Below are positions 1 to 12,150 of a stretch of DNA of 64,000 nucleotides, piece after piece. Every line of letters begins with the position of its first letter. The first letter of the stretch is position 1. The notes below the pieces were generated by a model. That model was not told the DNA's origin. It made no database searches and saw only the letters and a list, made by a program, of their open reading frames with translations. A program made the position numbers and the translations under genes. The stretch is from Camelus dromedarius (lineage: Eukaryota): positions 1,798,001-1,862,000 of the forward strand of contig NC_087462.1 in assembly GCF_036321535.1 (NCBI RefSeq), read 5' to 3'.

Positions 1-419
1 GCTCAGTGAGCGCTGGCTGAACAGATGGGTGAGCTGAAGCATGTGGACCTCTTTACAGGACTCAGTGAGCCAAAGCGAAGCAGATCTCACCCTAGACCTG
101 AAAATGTCACCATTAGTGCAAGGGGCCTTGGCTGCTCCCCATCCCTGGGCTTTCTCCCCAGCCTTTCAGTTCTCACTGCCCGCACCCCCCGTCAGCTCAG
201 ATGTCACTGGGGCAGGCGTCTCCCACCTCTCCCCCTGGCATGATTTTCTGGCATTACTGGTGCTACGGAGAACTACATAAAGTCACTGAACGTCCTTACT
301 CACCCTAGGCTGCAACCTCCACGGGGGTTAGGGAGTCTATCTTCCCCAGCCCAAAGCTAGGTACATAGTCGGCGCCCAATAAATACCTGCCGAGTGTCCG
401 GATGCCCCCGTTTGTGGCG

Positions 420-1110
420 TGGGGCTGAGGGTGGCCTGGACGCTCAAAAACCGGGGGCTAATGGGGCTGGGCAGAGGGGACGGGCTCATTCACTCAGCCT
501 TTCGTTCATCACTTATTGAACGCCTTCTGTATACCTGGCCCTGCACCGGAGGCCCGCCCAAGGAGAGACAGCTCGCGTTCCGCTGGGGGAGCCGGATGCA
601 AATCACACAGATCGCATGTAAAGGCAAAGCCAGGGTGGGCGCCGCGGCCGGGCCTCGGCTAACGGGCAACGGAGCTCGCCAGGCCTCGAGCCGCCCGGCC
701 CGGTCCCTCCCCAGGCCTCTAGCCCCGCCCCGGGCAGCACGTACCTCTGCTGGGCCCTCGCCCGCCCGCCGAAGCCGCCTGGCACTCAACTGCCGCGCAA
801 TGTGGACCCCACTGCCGCGCTCCCAGCGGAGCCCCAGCTCAGCGCGCCGCTGCCCACGCTCCGCCCACGTCCCTGCCCATTGGCCACCCCAAGCCCCGCG
901 GACCAAATTCTCCAAGCCATTGGTTGCTACGGCTGCCACTCACCCTGCGACTCCACCTCTCCTACCGGCTCGGAAAAGTGGTTTCTTCCCACGGAGCGGT
1001 GGGTACGGCCACCGGGCAGCTCCGGCGGGAAACCTCTACCTTGGGGGAAGGGTTCCGGCCGCGTTTAGCTTCCAGAGCTGTCCAGGGGCCCCCGGTGCTG
1101 AATCCCATTC
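420..1110 (-). promoter_or_regulatory. CpG-island promoter of the gene running off the left edge (probably SLC39A3)
   Basis: Dense CpG. Two minus-strand CCAAT boxes (ATTGG at 879-883 and 919-923) and a GC box (CCGCCC at 861-866) lie just upstream of a minus-strand splice donor. Confidence 0.7.
745..830 (-). other. SLC39A3: Non-coding first exon, probably SLC39A3 (ZIP3)
   Basis: Minus-strand donor CAGAG|GTACGT (GT = 744-743) inside the CpG island. Identity comes only from recalled synteny (SLC39A3-SGTA-THOP1-ZNF554); no coding sequence is in the window. The 5' boundary is approximate. Confidence 0.5.
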
Positions 1111-1329
1111 GGATTGAGGCTTGGCCATCGACAGGAAACGATTTGCTACGGGAGACTGTCCCTCTCGGAGTGTCCTCGCTGCTATTGCCCTTCCCGTCGG
1201 CTTAAGAAGCAGTTTTATCCGTTCAACATCTCTGCCTTCTATATGCCAAGGCCTTTTCTTGGAGGACATCTATCAACAAAAGGCAGATCTCTCCCCTTTT
1301 GGAGCTTAAGTTCCAGGAGAAGACACAGA

Positions 1330-1830
1330 AAATAATTAATAAACGTAATAAGTAATAAAGTTATGTCAGAAGGTGACAAGTGTCCTGAAACAATAGAGCC
1401 CAGTAAGGGTTATCAAGAATGCTGGGTGGTGGGTTGCTATTTTAAATAAAATGCTCAAGTAGACTTCATGGAGAAAGAGATATTTGAGCAAAGACTTCAA
1501 CGTGGAGAAGTCATCAAGTGGATATATGGAGGTAAAGTGCTCCATGCAGAAGGACCTAAGGGTATGAAGGCCCAGAGGCAGGAGTGTACACTAATGCCAG
1601 TGTGGCCAAAACACAGTGAAGTGGAGAGCTGTATTTGGAGGTAAAGGGAGGTAGATCATGGAAAGCCTTAGAGGGCATCAAAAGGACTTTGAGGTAAATG
1701 GGAGCCATTGCAGAGTTTTAATCACAGATATGACAGATCCAACATATTTTAACAGAATCATTTGGTTATTACGTCGATGCTGCCAATAGATGAAGTAAGA
1801 TGAAGATGGAAAATTGATTATTGATTTTTT
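1330..1830 (-). mobile_element. L2 LINE remnant (continues about 2560-3060)
   Basis: Recognisable L2 antisense motifs such as gagatatttgagcaaagac, gccagtgtggcc and gggagccattgcagagttttaa. Confidence 0.6.
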
Positions 1831-1849
1831 TAGATGGGGAGAGGGGCCA

Positions 1850-2022
1850 TTTTATTTATTTACTTTTTAAAATATTTTGTTTATTATTGTATTATTTTAA
1901 CTTTTTATTTTGGGGAGAGGAGGTAATTAGGTTTATTTATTTCTAGGGGAGATACTGGGGATTGAACCCAGGACCTCGTGAATGCTAAGCATGCACTCTA
2001 CCACTTGAGCTATACCCTCCCC
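1850..2022 (-). mobile_element. tRNA-Ala-derived SINE (vic-1-like)
   Basis: Reverse complement reads GGGGAGGGTATAGCTCAAGTGGTAGAGTGCATGCTTAGCATTCACGAGGTCCTGGGTTCAATCCCCAG, then ataaataaacctaattacc and an A-rich tail. Confidence 0.85.
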
Positions 2023-2169
2023 ACAAGAAGAGGACATTTAAAAAATAGCTTGTTCCACTGTCCATGAAAGCAACCAGATTTATGAAAGAGAGGACTGCAT
2101 TAACTCATGTTAACTAAACTCTTTTTGTCAGCCTACCATGAGCCGGGCATAGGGAAAGGTGCCAAGAAC

Positions 2170-2500
2170 AAAGTGGGAGCAATGCTACAATGTGGATGGA
2201 CCTTGAAGACATCAGGCTAAGCAAAGTAAGACAGTCACAAGAGGACAAGTACAGTCTGATCCCACTCACAAGAAGTCCTTAGACGAATCAAATCCACAGA
2301 GACAGAAAGTAGATGGTGGGGGCCAGGGGCTGTGGGAGGGGCTGTGGAGTGAGTGTTTCACAGGGACAGAGTTTCAGTTTGGGAAGACGAGAAAGTTCAG
2401 ATGATGGCGGGATGGTTGCACAGCAATGCGAATGTGGGTAATGCCACTGAGTGGTGCATTTTAAAAAGGTCAAAAGGGTAAATTTAATGTCATGTATATA
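2170..2500 (+). mobile_element. Old L1M 3' end fragment
   Basis: ORF2 C-terminus/3'UTR motifs: atgtggatggaccttgaagacat, acagagacagaaagtagatggtg, gggtaatgccactga. Confidence 0.7.
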
Positions 2501-3149
2501 TCATAATGTTTTAAAATGTTAATAAAACGGAGTGAAAAAAGCATGCTAAGGCATCTGGATTTCACCGTCCAAGCAACACGATTCAGTGATGAAAACTCAC
2601 TGACGAATTGTAAGTCGTTGAAGGTTGCAATCCAACTGACATTTTAAGGGTCATTCTGAGTCCTGTGTAAATAAAGGTAGGGTTGTAGGGGAGCAAGAAC
2701 GAAAGCAAGAAGACCCATTAAGAGTCATTTGAGCAAGAACTGATGCTCGCTTAGTTGAGGGATTGGCAGGGGAGGATGAGTCTGAGAAACATCTTAGAGT
2801 GTGACTTGGCAGGACCTGGCACTGGTTTGTCTGTGGGCTGCAGGAGTAGGCGGTTGGGGATGGCTTTAGATTTTCTAGTTTGAGCAATTAGAGGGATGCT
2901 GGAGTTTTTCACTAAAATAGGAAAGCCTGGAGGAGGCACAGACGTGGAAGGTGCTGAAGGACTAAGTTTGGCTTTGCAGAGGATAGTGTGAGAAGTCTAT
3001 GAGTTCTTCGTGTTCAATGCCACCTTCTGCCTGCATGGACCTTGCTTCATCATAACCATGCAATATGTGGTCGCTGTCTTTATTGTTAGACACAAAGTGA
3101 CTTGATGCTTTTTCCCATTTTCTGTAATTCACAACAATGAAAAAGTTCA

Positions 3150-3994
3150 TTCATAATAATAGCACAGAGAAATGCAAGTCAAAACTACAATGAGGCACCT
3201 CCTCACACCAGTCAAGAGTGGCCATCCTCAGAGAGTCTATAAGCAATCAATGCTGGAGAGTGTGTTGAGAAAAGGGAGCCCTCCTACGCTGAGGGTGGGA
3301 GTGTAGTTTGGTGCACCATTGTGAAAAACAGTATGGAGATTCCTTTAAAAACTAAAAATAGACTTACCATATGATTTAGAAATCCCACTCCTGGGCATAT
3401 ATCCAGAGGGAACTCTAATTCAAAAAGATATGTGCACCCCAGTGTTCACAGCAGCACTATTTACAATAACCAAGACATGGAAACAATCTAAATGTCCATC
3501 GACAACAGATGACTGGATAAAGTAGTTATGATATATATACACAATGGAATACTACTCAGCTAATAAAAAAGAATAAAATAATGCCATATGCAGCAACATG
3601 GAAGGACCTAAAGATCATCATTCTAAGTGAAGTAAGCCAGAAAGAGAAAGAAAAAGGCCATATGATAACACTTATGTAGAATCTAAAAAAGATACAAATG
3701 AATTTCTTTGTAAAACAGAAACAGACTCACAGACATAGAAAACAAACTTACATTTACCAAGGAGGAAAGGGGGTGGAAAGGATAAATGAGATTTGCAGAT
3801 ACTAACCTCTATATACAAAATAGATAAACAAGTTTCCACTGTTTAGCACAGGGGACTATATTCAATATCTTGTCATAACACATAATGAAAAAGAATATGA
3901 AAACGAATATATATATGTGTATGTATGACTGAAACATTATGCTGTGCACCAGCAATTGATGCAATACTGTAAAATGACTATACTTCAATTAAAA
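3150..3994 (+). mobile_element. Relatively young, 5'-truncated L1 (ORF2 C-terminus plus 3'UTR)
   Basis: Canonical L1 tail: aaatgcaagtcaaaactacaatgagg, catatacacaatggaatactactcagc, ending gactatacttcaattaaaa. Confidence 0.9.
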
Positions 3995-5309
3995 GGTTTT
4001 TGAATAGCACATCACTAAACGCTCACAGGACGACCCCCTCCCATAGGAGAACTCATAATACGCATAATTTATTCATAACTATCTAGAAGACAAGGCCGCT
4101 CAGAGCAGAGGCCGCACAGCGTCCAGCTTCTGTTCATTGCTGACAGATTTCTGAAAGCTTCCTGGACCCCAGGACGTATGTAAGCGCAGATGCCTTCAGA
4201 GTCCAATAGAAAAAAACACGGACAAATTTGACTGCGGTGACTATTTCAAAAATCTCCTCTAGTAAATGACTCTATGAATGGGCTAGAAAGACAAGTGACA
4301 GGCCGGGAAGAAATGTTGGTGACGGATGACACGGGGCAGCTGACAGAGAGCAAACATCGTAAAATGAAAATGGGGAGGGAGATGGACAGACAGGTCTCAG
4401 GAGAACAGACGCAAGAGCTGACTGCCTACAGGAAAAGCTGCCTGAGCCATGCAGACAGTCCTGGAAACAGGAGATCAAACCATTGTCACGGCTTAATTGA
4501 GGTGTGATGGAAGGACAGTAAACTCTACGCAGTCAAAGTATACAATCAGGCAAATGTCGACATAGGCTCACACCTGTGAAACCACGCTCACAATCAAGGT
4601 ACGCACATAAACTGCACCCCCTACCCTGCAAAAATATCTCCTCCTGCTTCTTTCCATCCCCAGGCAGCCAGGACTCAGCCATGGTGTTCAACTGTAGTTT
4701 CCGGGGTTGGCTTTCCTAATGACACTGCTTCCAGCGTTCCTCTGCTTGCTTTGGGTGGCCATCCGCACACGTTGCTATTGGGTGTACATCCGTGGGGGGG
4801 ATTGTACACCCAGGGGTTCTAGGCTATGCAAATGAGCAGCTTTAGAACTTAACATATGGCTGGCTTTTCCCCTTTGGGGTGGAAAAGAATGAACACAGCA
4901 GACTTGAGAGTTCTGTCTTTTGAAAAGGCCCTCAGCAGCATCTGGAACTGGTCTTGGGGGCTCCCTGTCCCTAAACTGTCTCTGCAAACACGTGGTTTAT
5001 GCCGAGTACCTGCTCTCCAGAAGGGAGTCTGAAGTGTTGGCCGTGCCAGGCAGAGGCGCCTGTGTGACCGGCCCCGTGAGAAACCCCCGCGCTGGGTCTC
5101 TGTGAGCCTCCTTGGGGACCATTCCTCACTCATGATGCTGCGTCTTGTTTTGGGGGAACGAAGTGCATCCCGTGGGACTCCCCTGGGAGAGGACTCTGGG
5201 AGCTTGAGCCTAGTGCCCCGAACCCCACCCCACACCTTTTCCCTCTGCTGATTTTGCTTCATATCCATAAACCACGGCCATGAGGACAATCACTGCTGTG
5301 TCCTGGGGT

Positions 5310-5680
5310 TCCTCCGAGCAGAATGGTTTTGGAGATTCAACCCACACACTTGTGTAATGAACAACAGTTGCTTTTGTCTCTTCCTTTTTCGACATTCTGG
5401 TGTGTTTATCTCACATCATGGTTTTAATTCACATTACCCTGTGGCTAATGAAACTGAACACCATTTCATGTGCTTATGGGTCAATGATATATCCCATTTT
5501 TAAAAGGTCTTTTTCTATGCCTTTCTTTGCCCATTTATAAAAACTGGGTGATTTCTCTTTTTCTCGATCTGTAGGGGTACTTTATATTTTTATCAAGTAT
5601 ATATTGCAACTGCCATCACCCGTGCAATGGCTCACCTGTACTGTCTCTTTTAATGCAGTCTAATTTATTGATTTAAAAAA
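5310..5680 (-). mobile_element. Old L1 fragment
   Basis: Antisense L1 ORF2 motifs: catggttttaattcacattaccctg, catttcatgtgcttatggg. Confidence 0.55.
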
Positions 5681-5684
5681 TGTG

Positions 5685-6163
5685 GTTAGGATTTGTATTT
5701 GTCAGTGTTCTCCAAAGAAACAGAACCAGTAGGATGTCTGTCTGTCTGTCTACCTACCTACCTATCATCTATACGGCTACAGAGAGAGGAAGAAGGGGAG
5801 AGAGGGGAATTTACTCCATGAAATTGGCTCCATCATGGGGCTGGCACGTCTGGAATCTGGAGGGCAGGCTGGCGGGCTGGAGGCCCAGAGAAGAGTAGAC
5901 ATCACAGCTCGAGTCCCAAGGCTGTCTGGAGGCAGCAGTTCTTCTTCTTTGTGGGGGGACCTCAGTCTTTTCTCTTAAGACCTTCAACTGATTGGATGTG
6001 GCCCACCCATACCATGGCAGGTCATCTGGGTTACCCAAAATTGACTGATTTAAATATTAATCTCATCTCAAAATACCTCCCCAGCAACATCTAGACGGGT
6101 GTTTGACCAAATATCTGGGTGCCATGGCCTAGCCAGCTGGACACATAAAATGAACTACCAGAG
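5685..6163 (-). mobile_element. MLT2 (ERVL) solo LTR with internal (TGTC)n(TACC)n microsatellite
   Basis: gttctccaaagaaacagaaccagtagga ... ccttcaactgattggatgtggcccaccca ... gtttgaccaaatatctgggt ... ggacacataaaatgaactacca. Confidence 0.8.
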
Positions 6164-6931
6164 TGCTTTTTGTGTTCTTTTTGTTGTTGCTGGTTTTGGT
6201 TTTTTTATTTTTATTTTATTTTTTCTTCTTGTGTTCTCTTTAAGAAAATTTTGCCTACCTAAACCATATTTTACCTTCTCTTCTGTCATCTTTCTTTCAC
6301 CTTTCATAGATTCCATTTGTATATATTAAAAAAACAAAACAAAAACCAACAGGCAAAACTAACCCATGGTGCTGGGGCAGTGTTCTCTTTTGTGTGTAAT
6401 GAGTGGAGGAAGCTGGCTGGGGTCTGTTCTTGGTCTGCGTGCCAGTGACACGGAGTGGGGGGTGGGGTACTCCCTTTGTGAAAATTCATTGAGCTGTTTG
6501 CTTATAATCTGTGAGCTTTTGTGCACATCTGCTGCACTGTGATAAAAAGTTTAAGCGGCACAGTAATGAGAGAGAATAAAGAATGGACTCCTGAAGTCTG
6601 CAAGAGCCTTTGAGGAGCTGGGAACAGCTGTGAGCTGGGCAGGATTTGTGACTTGCACCCTCCAACTTCTGTGCTGAAGGGATTCACATCTTCTAATCCC
6701 GCGTGGTGTCATGCAACCCAGGATGGTGGCCCCATCACGGCACAGCACCTAGCAGGACATCCCTGGTTAGGAGGACTTACAATTCTGAAAGAGGAATCAG
6801 CCCCAAACACACAACGCCAGTCTCTAAGCCCAGGGCTGTTTCTAGGCTCGAGCCTTGTTCTTTCTGGTCATGATGTTGCCGGCGGCCCCCAGCGATGCAG
6901 GTGGCACCACAGGGGAGGCCATCGCGCTGGC

Positions 6932-6947
6932 GCGCCCCCTGGTGGCC
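6932..6947 (-). promoter_or_regulatory. CTCF core motif
   Basis: GCGCCCCCTGGTGGCC is the reverse complement of GGCCACCAGGGGGCGC, matching the canonical CTCF core, in a local CpG-containing patch. Confidence 0.75.
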
Positions 6948-8740
6948 CCAGCTTCTCATCTATGTGGGCCACAACCAGTCTGTGTTCTGACCTTGAAATA
7001 ATTGGTTTTGCTGGGGTGGGGGTCGACTTGGGGAGAGGTCGGGTCGAGTGGGGAAGCCAACGCAGTTTGGGGTTTTCAAGTTACCTAGGATGGGATGAAA
7101 TCTTTGCTACGAAGATGCAGGGGCACTCTAGAGCCAGTGAACAAATTATTTTTGCTGGTGGCAAAATGGTTTGAGATATTTCTTTGACACATTTACCTGG
7201 GGCTTACTGTGTGCTGGTAACGCTGCTGGGCAGGCCGTCTCAGCCTGAGCACCGCCGACTTCTGAGGCCAGGAAGGCCTGCAGGGCCGCGCTGGGCGCTG
7301 GGCGCTGGGCTACGGGGCCAGGTGCCTGGCCTCTCAAGGCTCAACGCGCCCTGGAAGCTCTGTCCGAGTCATGATTTCTGCTGCGTCTGTGTTTACTTGC
7401 TGTTCTTAAAACCTCAGTGCGCCTCTGACAGGAATATTCAGAAATATCCTATTTCTAACTCGTGTGGGATGGAGCAGTAATTATCCACAACACACTTCTC
7501 ATCAAGTCACATACAGCAGCCGCTGGCTCCTGGGGTGAGATGTTGACAGTTCCTCCTTTATTTTTACCCTTTTCTTTTCCTCTTCCCCACGCTGCTACTG
7601 GTTCCCAAACGGAAAGTTTCTGGATCTTTCCTGAACACCTAGGCTGGGCATGGGGTAAATCTGGAGGAGGCTCTGCAGGACCTCCCAGTGCTGGACACAC
7701 AGGATGCAGAAGGAAAGGAGACTGTCTGAGAAGACCTAAGGGACACGCAGTTGCTCCTGGAAGATGCAGCTCAAATTACTGTGCTTCTCCAAGTGGGCTT
7801 CTCCAAACAGGGGTGTCACAGTCACCTGGGCTGCTTGTTCAAAGCATACAGCCAGCAGGCTGGCTACGTAAATTCAGCAGGACGCACAGAGTGGACCAAG
7901 GTCTCAAAGCCCGTGGGGCGGGGGGAGCAGCATTCCTGGTCCCCATCCACTCAGTGCCAGGAGCACCGGTCAAGTCCTGTCATCCAAAAATATCCCCAGC
8001 TGTGGCCCAGAGTCCTTTGCAAGGCAGGATTACCCTGTTGACAATCAGCTCCCTGGGTTGGAATGGGAGGGATGCGGGTACTGGTGATAAGGACCAGTGG
8101 CTCTACCGGCAGCCTGCGTGGGGACCGTTTGGCTCTCCCCTCCGCGCTGGGGGTCACCAGTGCCCCTTTGCTAACCGCAGATAAGGAGGAAACGGGCGTG
8201 ACCGGCACCGCGGAGCACACAGATTTTGCCAGAGGCCTGTTGCAGGAGGCTGCTGGGGTTTTACCCTCTCCCTTCCAAAGAAGTCTTGCTGGAACTGATT
8301 GATGTAGACGGGGACCCACGTGGAGGAGGCGGGTGGGGCTGCGGAGGGGGCCTCACTAAGAACCCGAGAAGGCGAGCCTCCCACCAGACCTGGGCCCTGG
8401 TGACACACAGCTGCTCTTCCGTTTTGGACCTTTGGATGTGACTGCCCTTCACGGAGGCTGCGAGGCTGGGTGATCGGGCCGCTCTGATTGGCTGGGAGAC
8501 TTAGCTAAGCTCAAGCCGGTGGCAGGAAGGCTCTAAGGCACCCCAATAACCCCCACCTCCTGACGGTCATGTCCTACACAAGCCCCTCCCAGAGGGTGTG
8601 GACGAGACCACTTCTAACTAACAGAAGAGGCGCTGACCACCATTCGCAAGACAGCATCACGTTACCTAAGATTCCACCCTGCTGGCCCACTCCCTCGAGA
8701 TGCTCTCCCCCTGCCAGCTTGGATGAATTAAGTGGCCGCG

Positions 8741-9245
8741 TGTAAGGCAGACTGTTGAGCCCAGGGATGTCCATGCCCGAATCTCCAGAACCTGTGAACA
8801 GGGTACCTTATATGCCAGTAGGGACTTTGCAGGTGGGACTAAATTAAGGTCCTTGAGATGGGGGTGACCTCGGATTACCCGGGGCCGGTTGGGGACGGGG
8901 TCCAGTGCCACCACAAGGGCTGTTATAAGGAGGCAGAAGGAAACTGGACACACAGAGGGGCCATGGCAGAGGCAGAGACTGCAGCGACAGACCACAAGCC
9001 CAGGCCGCAGCCCCAGGCTGGGAGGGGCAGGAAGGCCTCTTCCCTGGAGCCTCCCTCCCCAGCACGCGGTCAGCGAAGCACTGGGCCTCAGCCTGCAACG
9101 TAGGGACTGAACTCTGCCCACAGCCTGCAGGCAGAAGAGAAGGTGGCCCAGCTGCACCACTGACCCAGAGAAACCGAGAAGTGACCGAGGTATTGTTTTA
9201 AGCCACTGAGTCTGGGATGCTCTGTTTTCCAGTAACAGACAACGG
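8741..9245 (+). mobile_element. MLT1 (ERVL-MaLR) solo LTR
   Basis: gggactttgcaggtgggactaaattaaggtccttgagatggg ... tattgttttaagccactgagtctggg. Confidence 0.8.
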
Positions 9246-9559
9246 GTTCCAAAACTTCAGTAGGGTTTGACCCGACGCAGGCGGGTGCATCAGACAGCGA
9301 ATGGGCCTCCTGGAGTCAAAGAGGTAATGCGCTCCCCACCCGGGCCTGTGGACTCCAAATACAATCTCTCCTCTGAAGACGCCTGGCGCACAGCAGGTGT
9401 TTGATAAATGTGACTCCTGTGACAGAGCCGTGGCTCGTTTATGTCCCCGTCAGTAGCAATGTTAACTTTAAAACACTTTTTGAGTAGTTGAGTAGTTTCT
9501 TAAAGCCCTATGAATGAGTAAAATGTTTATAATCAAGGTTAAGGACCAGTTCCTAAGTT

Positions 9560-9920
9560 ATATGGCCATAAAACAGGAATGAAGTTTTGATAAAGTGACA
9601 CACACGGACAGACCGAGAGCACGACACTCAGTGAGAGAAGCAGACACAGAAGGACACAGTGTGTGAGTCCATGGATGTGAAACGTCCAGAACAGGCCAGT
9701 CCTCAGACACAGAGAGGGGGTTCCTGGTTGTCAAGGGTAGGGGAGGGGGTGGAGGTCACTAAAAATGGGGATGGCTTCTCTTTGGGTTGACAGAATATTC
9801 TAAGATTAAAGGGCGGTGATAGTAGTACAACATAGTGAATGTGCTAAAACCCACAGAAGTGGGTATTTTTAAATGGCAAATTTTATGTTACTGAATTATA
9901 TCTTGATTTTTTAAAATGAA
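9560..9920 (+). mobile_element. Old L1M 3' end carrying the GC-shifted module
   Basis: cataaaacaggaatgaagtt, followed by gagaagcagacacagaaggacacagtgtgtgagtccatggatgtgaaacgtccagaacaggccagt, and L1M tail ttttatgttactgaattata. Confidence 0.75.
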
Positions 9921-10429
9921 CCATTTTGCTAAGCAGGTAGCTGGAGCTATGTAAATGCCAGGTCACGGCATTAACTCAGTGGCTCTCAAGAATTCTCTGC
10001 ATAGAAGTCATCGAGATTCTGGGGAAACACCTGGGGAGCCCAAGGCCAGCGGGACCGCCTCCCGCACGCCCTCCAGCAGGGCCCACGCCAGGCAGCTGGG
10101 GTGGCGAGGGGGCTGAGGACTGTGGCAGCTCTCACCCCCCACCCCTCAGCAGCACCAGGGATGGACCCTTCCTCCTCCCTGAACTTCCCTCTGTCCCTAC
10201 TGGCCCCCATCCAAGAAGCAAAGAACAAGTCAAAGTAACCTCTGCAGGGTGGCAGCTCAAGGTCACCGGAGGCTGGAAGGACCACCATCAGTCCCCTGGA
10301 AGCCCCAGCCAGAGCAGGGGGCATTTCTAGCTTTCTGCTCGAAGGACCTAAAGTGCTTCCACAGCCCAATGGCCAGCTGGGAGCCGGGTACAGCCCCGGC
10401 GCCCCTCTACCTACCCCATGCGTTCCAGA

Positions 10430-10586
10430 AGCTGGACAAGGCAGGGAGCGTCTCCTCTGGAGCCCCTGGAGGGACTCCGCCCCGGGAGACCTGTGTCTGA
10501 CTTCTGGCCTCCAGAACAGACATGATGCATGTGGTTAAAAGCCACTGAATTTGTGGGGACGTTTCAGTGGCAACAGGAATTCACAC
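10430..10586 (+). mobile_element. MLT1 LTR 3' half
   Basis: ctctggagcccctggagggac ... gacttctggcctccagaac ... aagccactgaatttgtgg ... ggaattcacaca. Confidence 0.7.
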
Positions 10587-10699
10587 AGGACCTGGCTCAG
10601 CGGTTCCAGGGTGACCCACTCAGGGTCCAGGCCGGGGGTCCTGGATGCTCAGAAGCAGGGAGGGTGGTGACGGTTGGAGAGGTCAGCACAGAGATGAGC

Positions 10700-11810
10700 A
10701 GAGGTCATGATGTCTATTTATTCCCCACACATTATGCTTGCCACCACGGCTAGCACTCAGGAGTTGGGACACATCACCAGACAAGCGCCTGACTGCGGGT
10801 GGCCCACCTCCGTATTGGTTCCTACAACACACATGGCACTGCAACTACCTCTCCGACCGCTGACACCCCCGGAAGCCGCCAAGGATCCAGCCAACCTCTC
10901 CTCCCAACCCGGCCAGGGCCACTGGGACACCCACACGGCCGCCGGCCCTGGGTCGCTCTCCTGAGAAGCAACTCTGGTGGCCGCCTCGCAACCTCAGGCC
11001 AAGACAGGTGGCACAGAGGCCCCATGGCCCCACCCTAACCAGGCGGAGAGCCCGCTGGGCAGGCGGACACCTGCGGGCAGAGGGCAGTGGCTGGGACACA
11101 GACAGGCGGGGACAGGCTCGGGGGCTGGGCCAAGGTCATGAGAACACCACATGGTCCAGTGGTCCTGAGCCCTGGGAAAGAGGATGGAGATCAGACAGGC
11201 GGCCGTCAAAATGCTTGATTGGAAGAAAAGTCCCAGAAACGGGTCCTGCGCACCCAGGACGTGGGCTCCCACCGGGCGCGAGGCGATGGAACCATCTTCT
11301 AGGAACCCACGACTGGAGTCCCTCCTGCGAGAGCCGGGCCCAGGGCCGGGCGAGGCTGGCAGTGAGCTTGTCCGAGCAGAGGCAGCGGGGGCAGCCAAGG
11401 TCCACTCAGAAAGCAGCTTCCCGTGGGCTGGGAGGCCCCTGAGGATGGACCGAGGGGGCGGGGGCTGCAGAAGGGGCTTCAAGGACACAGCATCCCCCGT
11501 GCACCGCTGCTCGGAGGGCCTGCCCCCCACCCCGGAATAGTCTAGAAAACAGTGACTGGGTTTTGGCAGGGGGGCGCTGGGAGGGAGATGGGTGCTGGTC
11601 TCTGCACTCACAGCTTGCTGGCTCTGTTTCGAGAAGGGTCTGGGGGCCGTGAGAGAGTACAAAAAGGGAGGGAAGGGTGGAGGCAAAAAAAAAAAAAAAA
11701 TCCGTCTTAACATGCAGGTCGAATTTCTTTCTCTCTCGGGCAGTCCAACGGGAGAAGACGGCTTCCAGGCGGCGGCAGACACGGTGGAAGGACCCGATGT
11801 GCAGGGATGG
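10700..11810 (-). other. SGTA: SGTA exon 12 (entirely 3'UTR)
   Basis: Acceptor cctccctccag| (AG = 11812-11811) after a pyrimidine tract. The sequence resembles the recalled human SGTA 3'UTR (gttggactgcc, gacctgcatgt). AATAAA lies at 10722-10717; the 3' end is approximate. Confidence 0.75.
10717..10722 (-). terminator. SGTA: SGTA polyadenylation signal AATAAA
   Basis: TTTATT on the + strand at the distal end of exon 12. Confidence 0.75.
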
Positions 11811-12005
11811 CTGGAGGGAGGACACGGGGATGGCGGTCAGGAGATGGAGGAGGCCGCGCGGACGGGGACACAGCCACCGTCACAGGTGCTTCTGGAGGCC
11901 AGGTGCAGGAGTGTTGAGGAGGGTTCTCTGGGGACGTGGTTACAGCTGATAAACACAAAACTGACCTCAGATGCCTGTTGGTTTGTTTTTTCAAAAGAGC
12001 ATTTA

Positions 12006-12150
12006 GGGAGGAGGGTATAACTCAGTGGCAGAGCTCGCGCTTAGCACGCACGAAGTCCTGGGTCCCATCCCCAGTGCGCCCATTAATAAACTAACAGACA
12101 AACCTGATGACTTCCACTCAAAAAAAGTCAAAAATAAATGAATAAATAAA
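12006..12150 (+). mobile_element. tRNA-Ala-derived SINE (vic-1-like) in SGTA intron 11
   Basis: gggaggagggtataactcagtggcagagctcgcgcttagcacgcacgaagtcctgggtcccatcccc plus A-rich tail; degenerate TSD aagagcattta / aaaagcattaa. Confidence 0.85.

Noticed and set aside
420-1110. Metal-response elements (TGCRCNC) expected near a zinc-transporter promoter
   Set aside because: I found no exact core by eye; the nearest, TGCACCG at 542, fails the consensus.
7462-8184. 240-aa intergenic ORF
   Set aside because: No homology I recognise, non-ATG start, and it spans probable repeat remnants.
10994-11782. 262-aa minus-strand ORF in SGTA exon 12
   Set aside because: It lies in the 3'UTR and crosses a poly-U tract (FFFF). 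No coding signal.
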